Assembly (NCBI GenBank): GCA_964410375.1
Contig: CAYPHR010000001.1
Coordinates: 1 to 46,774, forward strand
DNA from: an uncultured Anaerolinea sp.
GTDB taxonomy: Bacteria > Chloroflexota > Anaerolineae > Anaerolineales > Villigracilaceae
Reading direction: 5' to 3'
DNA length: 46,774 nt
The translations under genes and the position numbers were made by a program. A model generated the notes under the pieces. That model was not told where the DNA came from and searched no databases. It saw nothing but the letters and a program-made list of their open reading frames with translations. Positions 17,340 through 27,336 of the stretch are shown here, in pieces (positions within the stretch are counted from its first letter, which is position 1; each line of letters starts with the position of its first letter).

Positions 17340-17963
17340 TTACTTCCTCCCAAAATCGGCGGGATTTTCGCCCCAAAGCCCGGTATCCCATTTCAATATC
17401 TTGCCTTCGGGCAGCTCATTTTCCGCCAGCCAGTTTTCCGCACTGCGGATGATCGCAAACAAAATGGCGTTCTTCGATGAATGTTTCAGTCTCGTCTTGC
17501 ATTCACCCTGATGCACCCAAGAGATGGCGTTCTGCGAATCGGAATAAACGGGTACATGCATGTTGTGTTTCGCCTGCCACGTCAACGCATGGACGATGGC
17601 AAGAAATTCACCAACGTTATTTGTGCCATCATTGTACGGTCCCACATGGAAAATTTCCTCGCCCGTCCCGGTATTGACACCGCGATATTCCAGTTTGCCG
17701 GGCGAACCGCTGCACGCCGCATCCACACAAATGGACGGGAGCAGGGGTTGAATACTTGCCGTTTTCCACTTCCCGCCGGATGATACTTTGCCTTTGTAAT
17801 CATCGTATTTTGCAAGATAAGCGGCTTCCGCTTCAGCTTCGCTCCCGAACGCCTTGTACTGCGCCCCGACGAAGCCCTTCACCTGCTTTTCACACTCCGC
17901 CCAGGTAGTGAAGATGCCGGTCTTGCGTCCCTTCCAGACCACGTAATATTTCTGTTTCGGCAT
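17340..17963 (-). CDS. rnhA: Ribonuclease HI with N-terminal viroplasmin (hybrid-binding) domain
   Basis: YYVVWKGRKTGIFTTW; VDAACSG, TNNVGEFLA, YSDS, WGENPADFGRK. Confidence 0.93.
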   Translation of the reverse strand: MPKQKYYVVWKGRKTGIFTTWAECEKQVKGFVGAQYKAFGSEAEAEAAYLAKYDDYKGKVSSGGKWKTASIQPLLPSICVDAACSGSPGKLEYRGVNTGTGEEIFHVGPYNDGTNNVGEFLAIVHALTWQAKHNMHVPVYSDSQNAISWVHQGECKTRLKHSSKNAILFAIIRSAENWLAENELPEGKILKWDTGLWGENPADFGRK

Positions 17964-18067
17964 ACGTCAATTTTACATCAATGCCGAATTTTTGACTGTG
18001 AACTTTTTCGCGGATGTGGTACAAGATAGCCCTTACACGATCAAATAACCTTAGCCCAGGAGAAAAT

Positions 18068-18907
18068 ATGTCATACGCACACCCTGAATACCTTGTCGAT
18101 ACCGAATGGGTCGCCAATCACCTGAACGACCCAAATGTCCGCATCATTGAATCGGATGAGGATCCGCTGCTGTACCCGATGGGGCACATCCCCGGCGCGG
18201 TGCAGGTGGATTGGTTCAGCACGCTCCAGCATCCGCTGCGGCGCGATTTTCTGACGAAGGAACAATTCGAAGAAGTCGCATCCAAGCTGGGCATCACCAA
18301 CGACACCACGGTCGTTTTCTACGGCGACAAATCCAACTGGTTTGCATGCTACGCGCTGTGGCTCTTCCAATATTATGGGCATGAGAACGTGAAGATCATG
18401 GATGGCGGACGCGCCAAATGGGAGCAGGAGAACCGCCCGCTCGTGAAGGAAGTGCCCGAGTATCCCCGAACAACTTACAGCGCGAAAGAGGCGGATAAAT
18501 CCATCCGCGCTTTCCGTGATGACATTTTCAAGCATCTTGAAACCAAACAGCCGCTGGTGGATGTCCGCTCGCCAAAGGAATATTCCGGCGAGTTGACCCA
18601 CATGCCGAACTATCCACAGGAAGGCGCGACACGCGGCGGACACATCCCCGGCGCGGTGAGCATCCCCTGGTCTCAGGCGGTTAACGAAGCGGATTCAACG
18701 TTCAAGACTCCCGAGGAGCTGCGTGCCATCTACGAGGGAAAGAACGTCAACGCTGACGGCGATGTGATCGCCTATTGCCGCATCGGTGAACGCTCGTCGC
18801 TGACATGGTTCGTGCTGAAATATCTGCTGGGATACGAGAAGGTCAGGAACTACGACGGTTCATGGACCGAGTGGGGCAACCTGGTGGATGCACCCATCGA
18901 AAAATAG
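18068..18907 (+). CDS. Tandem-rhodanese sulfurtransferase (SseA/CysA type)
   Basis: GHIPGA twice, active loop [16 protein letters not shown]; SD aggag before ATG 18068. Confidence 0.92.
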   Translation: MSYAHPEYLVDTEWVANHLNDPNVRIIESDEDPLLYPMGHIPGAVQVDWFSTLQHPLRRDFLTKEQFEEVASKLGITNDTTVVFYGDKSNWFACYALWLFQYYGHENVKIMDGGRAKWEQENRPLVKEVPEYPRTTYSAKEADKSIRAFRDDIFKHLETKQPLVDVRSPKEYSGELTHMPNYPQEGATRGGHIPGAVSIPWSQAVNEADSTFKTPEELRAIYEGKNVNADGDVIAYCRIGERSSLTWFVLKYLLGYEKVRNYDGSWTEWGNLVDAPIEK

Positions 18908-18933
18908 TAGGGGCGGGGTAACCCCGCCCCTAC
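18907..18933. repeat. GTAG-family REP palindrome, copy 1
   Basis: gtaggggcggggtaaccccgcccctac, identical to 23637-23663. Confidence 0.8.
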
Positions 18934-18944
18934 AGAGGATATGA

Positions 18945-19376
18945 ATGTCTTTACCTAAAAATCTTCAAGAGATCGTGAACGACTTTGCGGGCATGAGCCG
19001 CGAAGAAAAGATCGAAACGCTGATCGCATACGCCGAGTCATTCACGGAACTGCCGGAGCGTTTCGCGGAAGCGCGCTCCAAGATGGAGCCGATCCCGGAA
19101 TGCATGACACCGGTTTATCTGTTCGCTGAGAAAGAAGATGACGGCGGCTTGCTCTTCCACTTTGACATTCCCAAGCAATCCCCCACCGTGCGCGGACTTG
19201 CCGCGATCCTCGCCATCGGATTAAATGGCTGTACGCCTGAAGAGATCATTGCCGTCCCTGCAGATTTCTACGCGCCGATGAAACTGGAAGATGCCATCTC
19301 TGGTCAACGGTTGAACGGGTTTCGCGGCGTGCTGGCGCACATGAAACAGGCGGCTGTGAATCTGTTAAACAAATAG
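18945..19376 (+). CDS. sufE: SufE family sulfur acceptor
   Basis: ECMTPVY, SPTVRGLA, G.TPEEI, QRLNG; follows the rhodanese gene. Confidence 0.85.
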   Translation: MSLPKNLQEIVNDFAGMSREEKIETLIAYAESFTELPERFAEARSKMEPIPECMTPVYLFAEKEDDGGLLFHFDIPKQSPTVRGLAAILAIGLNGCTPEEIIAVPADFYAPMKLEDAISGQRLNGFRGVLAHMKQAAVNLLNK

Positions 19377-19400
19377 GACGGGATTTTCTCCCGTCCTATT
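19372..19400. terminator. Hairpin between convergent sufE and CBS genes
   Basis: aataggacggga / tcccgtcctatt. Confidence 0.65.
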
Positions 19401-19402
19401 CA

Positions 19403-19810
19403 TTACTTTTCGTCCATCCAGCCTTGTTCTTCCACTGACATAAAAATATCCGTCGCGGAGATCATCCCGATCAAGGCGCCGCTGTCATCCGTGATCGGCA
19501 GGTGATGGAACTTATGCTCCTGCATGACCTTGGAACATTCCATCAAGGTCCAATCGGCGCGCCCGGTGATGATGGGACCGGACATAATCTCGCGTACGGC
19601 AGTCTCGGCAGGGTTGCGTCCTGCGGCGACGATCTTGTCGCGAATATCTGTGGTGGTGACAATTCCGTACGAGTTGTCCTGTATACTGATCTTTACCACC
19701 ACGCTGTGGATCTTGCGGCGGCGCATGAGCGTGGCGGCGTACGAGACGCTCGAATCGGGATCAACGACAACAACAGGGCTGGACATCCAATCACGGACAA
19801 GGTGTGGCAT
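19403..19810 (-). CDS. Stand-alone CBS-pair protein
   Basis: VRDWMSSPVV..GIVTTTDI and VREIMS..LPITD..GMISATDI. Confidence 0.88.
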   Translation of the reverse strand: MPHLVRDWMSSPVVVVDPDSSVSYAATLMRRRKIHSVVVKISIQDNSYGIVTTTDIRDKIVAAGRNPAETAVREIMSGPIITGRADWTLMECSKVMQEHKFHHLPITDDSGALIGMISATDIFMSVEEQGWMDEK

Positions 19811-19832
19811 AGAACTCTCCTCTTCTCTTGGG

Positions 19833-20771
19833 CTATTTCACCAATAATTTTACAACATCCAATGCGAACAACGAGCCATCCGCCGCATTTTGATCGTGAA
19901 TTTCAAGGTAGATCACCGTCCCGGCAGGGATACCCGCCAGCGTGAAGGTTTCGTCAAACGTGCCCGGCGCGCCGAAATCGGGAGCCATGACCATGATGGG
20001 TCCCGCCGCAAATTGATTACCGTTCTCATCATAGACAAAATAAGAGAGATTGTTCTCGAACGGCGCAATGCTGACCGTACCGGTCACCTGCACACTGCCG
20101 CTGACTTCCGTTCCATCGGCGGGCAATGCGATGTCAATGCTTCGCCTGTCACCGCCGGGGGTATCGGTTGTGTAACTCATCAGCCACAGTTTGTTTTTCA
20201 CCAACGCATAGCGGCGCGTACTCGGAAGCGTCGGACAGCATCCGCCGTCTTCAAAGCCGTGCACGACCGCATCAATGAACACTTCGCCGTTCTCGATGGA
20301 AATGCTATTGATCATCGGGCGGTCATCGATCAGGACCGAGTCTAAAAAGACAGGCTCGCCCGCCACATTGGCGTAGATCGCCAACACGCCAAATTGTCCC
20401 GTGCCGCCGTAATTTTCCAAAAAGATCACAGCGGCATCGCCCGCGCCGTCATCGGTCAGATCGCCAAATGCATGGAACTGTGTCACTTGAACGTACGCAA
20501 AATCCATATCCGTGGCGTCCGTTCCCTGCTGAAAACTACCATCCGTCAATTGCACCACAAGCCCATCTTCCCGTATAAGCACGGGATATTGCACATTGTT
20601 AATCTGCTCAAGCGTAAGCGCTGACGGAGACGTTACCGGCGCCTCTGTCGGCGCAGGGACGGTTGCTTCTACAGATTCAGCCGTCGGCGAAGGGGATGCG
20701 ACCGGCAATCCGCAGGCAAGTGCGGCAAGTGCCAAGATCAAGAAGAATCTCAGGGGATAAGTTGGGACCAA
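19833..20771 (-). CDS. Lipoprotein with C-terminal Ig-like (Gmad2-like) domain
   Basis: Lipobox ALAC, Pro/Thr linker, C-terminal VQVTG..PFE..DGS; TTG start with ggagg SD. Confidence 0.7.
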   Translation of the reverse strand: MVPTYPLRFFLILALAALACGLPVASPSPTAESVEATVPAPTEAPVTSPSALTLEQINNVQYPVLIREDGLVVQLTDGSFQQGTDATDMDFAYVQVTQFHAFGDLTDDGAGDAAVIFLENYGGTGQFGVLAIYANVAGEPVFLDSVLIDDRPMINSISIENGEVFIDAVVHGFEDGGCCPTLPSTRRYALVKNKLWLMSYTTDTPGGDRRSIDIALPADGTEVSGSVQVTGTVSIAPFENNLSYFVYDENGNQFAAGPIMVMAPDFGAPGTFDETFTLAGIPAGTVIYLEIHDQNAADGSLFALDVVKLLVK

Positions 20772-21961
20772 GTCTGACCTCCATCCGTTGTTTTATAAAA
20801 GGCGCGGCGCCCCGATGCGCTGGTGGTGATCACCCATCCAGTGAGTGAATTGACGAAATTCATATCGGTGATGGTGTCCCCAAAGCGGACATCGGGGGTG
20901 ATCACTTCGAACGTTTGCCCCGCGTCTCTCGTGACGAGAAACTGGTTACTGGAATAAAAAACGATCTCCTGCGCTGACGGGATTTCAATGAAGTTCATGC
21001 GCGGAAGGACATCGGGCATCAGGTTCCACGTATCTCCGCCAGTGTCCGTGGAATATAGGATGGTCTGCAACGCAGCGGCAGCCATGCGGATGACGAGAAA
21101 ACCTTGTGTGGGTGAAACGAAATGGATTTTTTCGATGGCAAGTTCGCTCGCCTGCGCTTCTGCCGGGAGGATGATGCCCGGCTGGGACCATGTCGCGCCG
21201 CCATCCTCCGTGCGGAATAAATACGCCGAGCCGGAGGAATAGATCACACCGCCAATCCAGGCGTTTTGCATATCAAGCGGAACGAGCATGACCTTCAATC
21301 CGCTCAAAGGCAGGGAGTCGCCTGCGGCATCGAGATTGGGATCGTTGGTATAGGAGCGGGTCCATGTCCTGCCGCCATTATTGGTTTGAAAGACCGAAAC
21401 CGCCATCGAACCTGCACCGACGCCGAGATCAGCCAGGATCCAGCCGTTGTCCGCATCGACAAATTCCAGGTCACCCGCACTGAAGGGCGTTTCGAATGAT
21501 TCCCATGTCATGCCGCCATCTGCGGTGCGATGCAATGTGCCGCCATAGGGATAGTTGTTCGGGTCAACAACCTGTATCCAGGCATGATTGACATCAAGAA
21601 ATTCCATAAAGACAGAATAGCCTGCTTCAGCGAGGTCGGGCGGAGTGACGTTGTACCAGGTCACACCGCCGTCGTTGGTGCGGATGACATGCATCTCGGT
21701 CAACGCCCAGCCATAGACCTCATCCATCATTTCAATATTGACGATGTCCGGCGATTCGATCAATGGGGCATTGATCTCATCCGGCAGAAGCGTACCCTGC
21801 GGCTCTGCAACAGATTGTGGGAGGGGCTGCGTTTCCGCGAGGGTTGGCGTAGCGGCTGGCTCTACTGGAATTGGCGCTTCAGTCTGCTCCATCTGGGGCA
21901 TCGGCGCGGCGCAGGCGGATATCAAAACCACCAGCAAAAAAGAAAAGAGAATTCTCTTCAT
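20750..21961 (-). CDS. Lipoprotein with BNR/Asp-box repeats (YCF48-like beta-propeller)
   Basis: Lipobox ISAC; repeated T-x-D-G-G-x-T-W motifs. Confidence 0.82.
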   Translation of the reverse strand: MKRILFSFLLVVLISACAAPMPQMEQTEAPIPVEPAATPTLAETQPLPQSVAEPQGTLLPDEINAPLIESPDIVNIEMMDEVYGWALTEMHVIRTNDGGVTWYNVTPPDLAEAGYSVFMEFLDVNHAWIQVVDPNNYPYGGTLHRTADGGMTWESFETPFSAGDLEFVDADNGWILADLGVGAGSMAVSVFQTNNGGRTWTRSYTNDPNLDAAGDSLPLSGLKVMLVPLDMQNAWIGGVIYSSGSAYLFRTEDGGATWSQPGIILPAEAQASELAIEKIHFVSPTQGFLVIRMAAAALQTILYSTDTGGDTWNLMPDVLPRMNFIEIPSAQEIVFYSSNQFLVTRDAGQTFEVITPDVRFGDTITDMNFVNSLTGWVITTSASGRRAFYKTTDGGQTWSQLIP

Positions 21962-21985
21962 TATTTCTCCTTGTAACTCCCGGAT

Positions 21986-23197
21986 CTATCCGAGATATTC
22001 GATCACTGTCGCTTCACCCTGCCCAACCCCCACGCACAAGGTCGCGACGCCGTATTTGACATTTCCGCGAGTTTTCATTTCGTGAACGAGCGTGGTCACC
22101 AAACGCGCGCCCGAACAGCCAAGCGGATGTCCGATGGCGATGGCTCCGCCGTTGACGTTGACAATCTCCGAGTCAAGTTCGAGATCTTCCATCACGGATA
22201 ACGCCTGCACGGCAAAGGCTTCGTTGATCTCGATCAAGCCGACATCTTTCATTTTCAATCCGGCACGCTGCAAGGCTTTGCGTGTGGCAGGGATGGGACC
22301 ATATCCCATTACCTTTGGGGGCACTCCAGCCGAGGCGGATGTCACGATGCGCGCCAGCGGTGTTAGATTCAAGGATGAAGCGCGTTCCTCGCTCATCAAC
22401 AGGAGTGCGGCAGCTCCGTCATTTAATCCGGACGAATTTCCGGCGGTGACAGTTCCCCCGTCTTTTTTGAATGCCGGCTTGAGCTTGGCAAGGCTTTCCA
22501 TCGAAGTATCGCGGCGCGGACGTTCGTCCGTATCCACCAGCTTCGGGTCGCCTTTTTTCTGGGGAACAGGAACAGGCACGATCTCCTGCGCGAAGCGTCC
22601 TGAGTCTATGGCGGCGATGGCACGTTGATGACTGCGCACGGCAAATTCATCCTGCTTTTCGCGCGTGATGTGCGGACGCTCCGCCGCGATGTTTTCAGCA
22701 GTCTCGCCCATTGAATCCGTGCCGTGCATTTCCTTCATTTTGGGATTGGGATACCGCCAGCCAAGCGCCGTGTCATACGCGGTGAGATTGCCAAAGGAAA
22801 ACCCCGCTTCCGCCTTCGGGAGGGAGTAGGGTGCGCGGCTCATGGATTCGACTCCGCCCGCGATATACACATCCCCCTCTCCAGCTTTGATCGCGCGCGC
22901 CGCCATATTGACCGCATTCAAGCCGGATGCACACAAACGATTGACGGTCACGCCGCCCACTTCCACAGGCAGGCCAGCCAGCAACGCCGCCATACGTGCC
23001 ACATTGCGATTGTCTTCGCCCGCCTGATTGGCGCATCCCATGAAGACTTCTTCTATCAATACAGGATCAATCGGATTTCGTTCAAGAATGGACTTAATGA
23101 CGTGCGCAGCCATGTCGTCGGGGCGGATGGATGAGAGAATGCCGCCCAACGCCCCGATCGGCGTGCGGATGGCATCGATAATGACAACTTCGGTCAT
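21986..23197 (-). CDS. Acetyl-CoA C-acyltransferase (thiolase, PcaF/PaaJ-like)
   Basis: [28 protein letters not shown]; true start MTEVV at 23197 with ggagg SD. Confidence 0.93.
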   Translation of the reverse strand: MTEVVIIDAIRTPIGALGGILSSIRPDDMAAHVIKSILERNPIDPVLIEEVFMGCANQAGEDNRNVARMAALLAGLPVEVGGVTVNRLCASGLNAVNMAARAIKAGEGDVYIAGGVESMSRAPYSLPKAEAGFSFGNLTAYDTALGWRYPNPKMKEMHGTDSMGETAENIAAERPHITREKQDEFAVRSHQRAIAAIDSGRFAQEIVPVPVPQKKGDPKLVDTDERPRRDTSMESLAKLKPAFKKDGGTVTAGNSSGLNDGAAALLLMSEERASSLNLTPLARIVTSASAGVPPKVMGYGPIPATRKALQRAGLKMKDVGLIEINEAFAVQALSVMEDLELDSEIVNVNGGAIAIGHPLGCSGARLVTTLVHEMKTRGNVKYGVATLCVGVGQGEATVIEYLG

Positions 23198-23383
23198 GGA
23201 ACCTCCAGAGAGTGATACTTCGATTCTACCATCCAAAAACAGTATAAAAATGAATGACCTTTGTACACCTTCGTATGTGACGCATGGCACTACTCGCCCA
23301 TGATGGAAGGCGACATAATCAGGGTGGCGGAATATTTCGCCTAATAATGTCAAACTTCTCGAATAATTGAAAAAGGAGAACCA

Positions 23384-23626
23384 ATGGCAGCCAGAGGCTG
23401 GATCGAAGTCAGCGATACGTATTGCAAAGGATGTGAACTTTGCCTGAGTACCTGTCCACAAGGGGTGATGGAACTGGACATGTCACGACTTACCCCGAAG
23501 GGATACCACCCCGCGCACACGTTCAAGGACGGATGCACGGGGTGTGCCATCTGTGCCGTGGTCTGCCCGGATGCGGCGATCACAGTCTATCGTGAAGTGA
23601 CCAAAGCCGCTCCGGTTGCGGCGTAA
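23384..23626 (+). CDS. 2x[4Fe-4S] ferredoxin / delta subunit of 2-oxoacid:ferredoxin oxidoreductase
   Basis: [12 protein letters not shown] and [12 protein letters not shown]. Confidence 0.92.
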   Translation: MAARGWIEVSDTYCKGCELCLSTCPQGVMELDMSRLTPKGYHPAHTFKDGCTGCAICAVVCPDAAITVYREVTKAAPVAA

Positions 23627-23636
23627 ACGTGCATTT

Positions 23637-23663
23637 GTAGGGGCGGGGTAACCCCGCCCCTAC
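23637..23663. repeat. GTAG-family REP palindrome, copy 2
   Basis: Identical 27-mer to 18907-18933. Confidence 0.8.
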
Positions 23664-23681
23664 ACAATCATGGAGAAACAC

Positions 23682-24788
23682 ATGCCAAAAGAATTATGGA
23701 AAGGCAACGAAGCCATTGCCGAAGCCGCTGTCCGCGCGGGGTTGGAGGCGTATTTCGGCTATCCCATCACCCCGCAGACGGAAATATTGGAATATCTCTC
23801 GCGCCGCATGCCCGAACTTGGACGTGCTTTTGTGCAGGCTGAGTCCGAACTCGGCGCGATCAACATGGTCTATGGCGCGGCTTGCACCGGCGTGCGCGTG
23901 ATGTCCACCTCTTCGTCACCGGGCGTGAGCCTGATGATGGAAGGGCTGTCCTATATTGCCGGCACGGAAGTCCCCGCGGTTTTGGTGAACGTCATGCGCG
24001 GCGGACCGGGTCTTGGCAACATCGCGCCTGCGCAGAGCGACTATAACCAGGCTGTTCGCGGCGGAGGACATGGCGATTATCCGCGTATCGTGCTGGCTCC
24101 CGCATCCGTACAGGAAGCGATCGACCTGACCGCGCTCTCGTTCGACCTTGCCGAAAAATATCGCATGATCACCATGATCATCCTTGATGGTTCCACAGGT
24201 CAAATGATGGAACCCGCCGAAATGCCAACGATGATGGAGATCAAACGCAAGGATTTCGAGTGGGCGACCACCGGCGCAATGAACCGCGAACGCCGCGTCC
24301 TCACTTCCATTTACCTCAACCCGCTTGACGAAGAAAAAACCAATCTGCGCCTGCTCAAACGCTGGCAGGATGTGCAAGCCAACGAAGTCCGCTACAAGGA
24401 ATATTTCCTCGACGATGCCAAATATGTCGTCGTCGGTTTCGGCACGGCGGGACGTGTTGCGCTCTCGGCAGTCCGCGAGGCGCGCGCGCAGGGCATCAAG
24501 GTCGGGCTGTTAAGACCGATCACCGTCAGCCCGTTCCCGTATGAAGCGCTGGACCAACTCACAGGTCAGGCGGAAGCGTTCCTCGTCACCGAAATGAACA
24601 TGGGACAGATGCTGGACGATGTCCTGCTTACCGTGCGCGGACGAGTTCCCGTCGAATTCTATGGACGCCCCGGCGGCGTGGTTCCATTCCACAATGAAAT
24701 TCTTGACGAGATCAAACGCATCGCATCTGGACCTTTAACTGTTCAGTCCAACCCAAGAGATTCCTGGCTGACAAGGATGGCTGCATAA
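23682..24788 (+). CDS. vorB: 2-oxoacid:ferredoxin oxidoreductase alpha subunit (2-ketoisovalerate, VorB-like)
   Basis: KGNEAIAEAA, GYPITPQTE, QAESE, TSSSPG, RGGPGLG; ggag SD precedes ATG 23682. Confidence 0.85.
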   Translation: MPKELWKGNEAIAEAAVRAGLEAYFGYPITPQTEILEYLSRRMPELGRAFVQAESELGAINMVYGAACTGVRVMSTSSSPGVSLMMEGLSYIAGTEVPAVLVNVMRGGPGLGNIAPAQSDYNQAVRGGGHGDYPRIVLAPASVQEAIDLTALSFDLAEKYRMITMIILDGSTGQMMEPAEMPTMMEIKRKDFEWATTGAMNRERRVLTSIYLNPLDEEKTNLRLLKRWQDVQANEVRYKEYFLDDAKYVVVGFGTAGRVALSAVREARAQGIKVGLLRPITVSPFPYEALDQLTGQAEAFLVTEMNMGQMLDDVLLTVRGRVPVEFYGRPGGVVPFHNEILDEIKRIASGPLTVQSNPRDSWLTRMAA

Positions 24789-25558
24789 TGACAACTCCCA
24801 ACAATCTTGTTTACGACCGACCGGAAGCCTTCACCGAAATGCCCACGCATTATTGCCCGGGCTGTACGCATGGCGTAGCGCACCGGCTGGTGGCGGAAGT
24901 GCTCGAAGAAATGGGCATGATCGACAAGACCATCGGCGTTGCGCCGGTGGGATGTGCCGTGTTCGCGTACAACTATTTCGATACGGATTTTGTCGAAGCC
25001 CCGCACGGACGCGCGCCGGCAATGGCGACCGGCATCAAACGCGTACTGCCTGACCGCGTGGTCTTCACCTATCAGGGCGACGGCGATCTGGCGTCCATCG
25101 GCATGGGTGAAATTGTTCATGCGGCGGCACGCGGCGAGAACTTGACTGTGATCTTCATCAACAATGCCAACTTCGGCATGACCGGCGGACAGATGGCTCC
25201 GACCACCCTGCCCGGCATGAAGACGTCGTCCTCGCAAAACGGGCGCGACGTGGAAACGCAGGGCTATCCGATCAAAGTCTCCGAGATGCTCTCCACATTG
25301 GACGGCGTCGGCTATTGCGTGCGCCGCTCCCTGCACGACCCGAAAAATATCCGGCTGGCAAAGAAAGCCATCCGCACCGCCTTTGAAACGCAGGTCCGCG
25401 GACTGGGCTTCTCGATGGTCGAATTGCTCTCCACCTGCCCTACCAACTGGGGCATGACACCCGTCAATTCATTGAAATTCGTGGAAGAGCATATGATCCC
25501 TGCCTATCCGTTGGGTGATTACAAGATCAGTGATGCGATCAAGCAGATAAAGGTGTAA
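24788..25558 (+). CDS. 2-oxoacid:ferredoxin oxidoreductase beta (TPP-binding) subunit
   Basis: YCPGC, HGRA, QGDGD..NN, GMTGGQ, CPTNW. Confidence 0.9.
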   Translation: MTTPNNLVYDRPEAFTEMPTHYCPGCTHGVAHRLVAEVLEEMGMIDKTIGVAPVGCAVFAYNYFDTDFVEAPHGRAPAMATGIKRVLPDRVVFTYQGDGDLASIGMGEIVHAAARGENLTVIFINNANFGMTGGQMAPTTLPGMKTSSSQNGRDVETQGYPIKVSEMLSTLDGVGYCVRRSLHDPKNIRLAKKAIRTAFETQVRGLGFSMVELLSTCPTNWGMTPVNSLKFVEEHMIPAYPLGDYKISDAIKQIKV

Positions 25559-25559
25559 T

Positions 25560-26120
25560 ATGCAAAAAGAAATCATCATCGCAGGGTTTGGCGGACAGGG
25601 TGTCCTTTTTAGCGGTCAGGTGGTGGCATACGCCGCCATGGACAACGGCTTGGAAGTCACTTGGATTCCTTCGTACGGTCCCGAAATGCGCGGAGGCACG
25701 GCAAATTGCACGGTCGTCATCGCCGATTCTGAGATCGGTTCGCCGCTGGTAAAGAATCCGCCGCTGGCAATCGCGCTGAACCTGCCATCCTTTGACAGAT
25801 ACGAAGAAATGCTCGCATCCGGCGGGACGTTGATCGTCAACCAGTCCATGGTGGACCGCGCCGCAAAACGCGACGACATCCACGTCATCATGGTCCCGTG
25901 CAACGAGATCGCCGAAGAGATCGGTGACAAGAAACTGATGAACATGGTGGCGATCGGCGCACTGCTCACCGCCCTGCCCGAACTAAAACTTGAAGATGTG
26001 GAAAAGGCATTGGAAGGTCACCTGCCGGCGCGTCACAAACACCTGCTCCCCAAGAATTATGAAGCGCTCAAACGCGGATATGAACACGCGCAGAAGGAAT
26101 GGGACAAGGTCCCGGCGTAG
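25560..26120 (+). CDS. 2-oxoacid:ferredoxin oxidoreductase gamma subunit
   Basis: AGFGGQG, SYGPEMRGG, NMVAIGA. Confidence 0.92.
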   Translation: MQKEIIIAGFGGQGVLFSGQVVAYAAMDNGLEVTWIPSYGPEMRGGTANCTVVIADSEIGSPLVKNPPLAIALNLPSFDRYEEMLASGGTLIVNQSMVDRAAKRDDIHVIMVPCNEIAEEIGDKKLMNMVAIGALLTALPELKLEDVEKALEGHLPARHKHLLPKNYEALKRGYEHAQKEWDKVPA

Positions 26121-26138
26121 CCTGTAAAATAAGAGTTG

Positions 26139-26173
26139 AGCCCGCTTTCGGCTAAGACGGAGGCGGGCTTTTT
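26139..26173 (+). terminator. Intrinsic terminator of the oxidoreductase operon
   Basis: agcccgctttcg / cggaggcgggct followed by a T-run. Confidence 0.75.
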
Positions 26174-26187
26174 GTTAGAATGGGGGT

Positions 26188-27012
26188 ATGAAATATGAAA
26201 CCATCCCCAACCTAACACTGCCAAAGATCGGCTTCGGGACTTGGAACATCGGCGGAGGTTCATCCGCAGATTCCAGCAAGGATGCCGCTTCACTGACTGC
26301 GCTTCGCACCGCGCTGGAAGTTGGTTACACCCACTTCGATACCGCGGAGGTCTATGCGGACGGTCACAGTGAGGAACTGCTTGGGAGGGCAATCCGCGAA
26401 TCGGGAGTCCGACGCGAGGCGCTTTTCATCACCTCGAAAGTGGACCCCGGGCATCTCAGCTACGAAGACGTACTCAAATCCTGTGAAGACAGCCTGCGCA
26501 GATTGAATACCGAATATCTGGATCTGTATCTCATTCACTGGCCCCCGCGCTCGATCTCAAAACTTGATGACGCCTTCCGCGCATTGAACAAACTGATGCG
26601 TGACGGGAAAGTGAAACATCTCGGCGTAAGCAATTTCAATCTCAAATTCCTGCAGCGTTCACAGGAACTGTCTGAGACGCCGATCATCACCAACCAGGTT
26701 CCCTACCGCCTGCCCGACAAATCCTACGTGGAAAACGGCGTGCTGACATATTGCCAGCAAAACGACATCCTGATCACAGCCTATTCGCCGGTGAAATTTC
26801 GCAGTATGCGCGTGAACAAGGTGTTGAATGAAATCGCACAGGCTCATTCCGCCACACCGTTCCAGATCGCGCTGGCATGGCTGGTGATGCAGCCGCGTGT
26901 CATCACCATTCCCATGTCGATAAACCCGCAGCATATCAAAGAGAATTTCGATGCCGCAGACATTGAATTGAATGCACAGGAAATGTCCCAACTCTCCAAC
27001 GCCTGGCAATAA
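26188..27012 (+). CDS. Aldo/keto reductase
   Basis: IGFGTW, FDTAEVY, ITSK, DLYLIHWP, GVSNF. Confidence 0.93.
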   Translation: MKYETIPNLTLPKIGFGTWNIGGGSSADSSKDAASLTALRTALEVGYTHFDTAEVYADGHSEELLGRAIRESGVRREALFITSKVDPGHLSYEDVLKSCEDSLRRLNTEYLDLYLIHWPPRSISKLDDAFRALNKLMRDGKVKHLGVSNFNLKFLQRSQELSETPIITNQVPYRLPDKSYVENGVLTYCQQNDILITAYSPVKFRSMRVNKVLNEIAQAHSATPFQIALAWLVMQPRVITIPMSINPQHIKENFDAADIELNAQEMSQLSNAWQ

Positions 27013-27030
27013 TCCGCCCCCGGAGAAGAA

Positions 27031-27336
27031 ATGACCTTTCACGCCCTTCCCGAGATCAAGATCATCGAGGAGACCGAAACGGAGCTCGAGCCGCCCTTTC
27101 GCGTCATCATTCACAACGACGATGTGACGCCGATGGATTTCGTTGTATATGTGCTCAAGACCATATTCTTCCTTGCCAATGACCGCGCGGCGGATGTCAT
27201 GCTCACTGCGCACATCAAGGGCTCGGCATATGTTCAAACACTCTCAAAACCGGAAGCGGAAAAGAGGATCAACCGCGCGCATTTCGAAGCGCACAACGCA
27301 GGTTATCCATTACGATTTTCCATGGAACCCGAATAA
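27031..27336 (+). CDS. clpS: ATP-dependent Clp protease adaptor ClpS
   Basis: VIIHNDDVTPMDFVV..ML.AH.KG..YPL. Confidence 0.93.
   Translation: MTFHALPEIKIIEETETELEPPFRVIIHNDDVTPMDFVVYVLKTIFFLANDRAADVMLTAHIKGSAYVQTLSKPEAEKRINRAHFEAHNAGYPLRFSMEPE

Noticed and set aside
23198-23461. N-terminal extensions in the ORF track (thiolase; also nadE, nitrilase, PyrK-like, rhodanese, wecC, 33759 ORF)
   Set aside because: The extensions overlap neighbours or promoters; internal starts have SD or leaderless -10 support and match family N-termini
18907-23663. Identical 27-bp palindromes as CRISPR repeats or transposon ends
   Set aside because: Only two copies 4.7 kb apart, no spacer array, no cas or transposase genes, and the enclosed genes are ordinary; they fit REP elements
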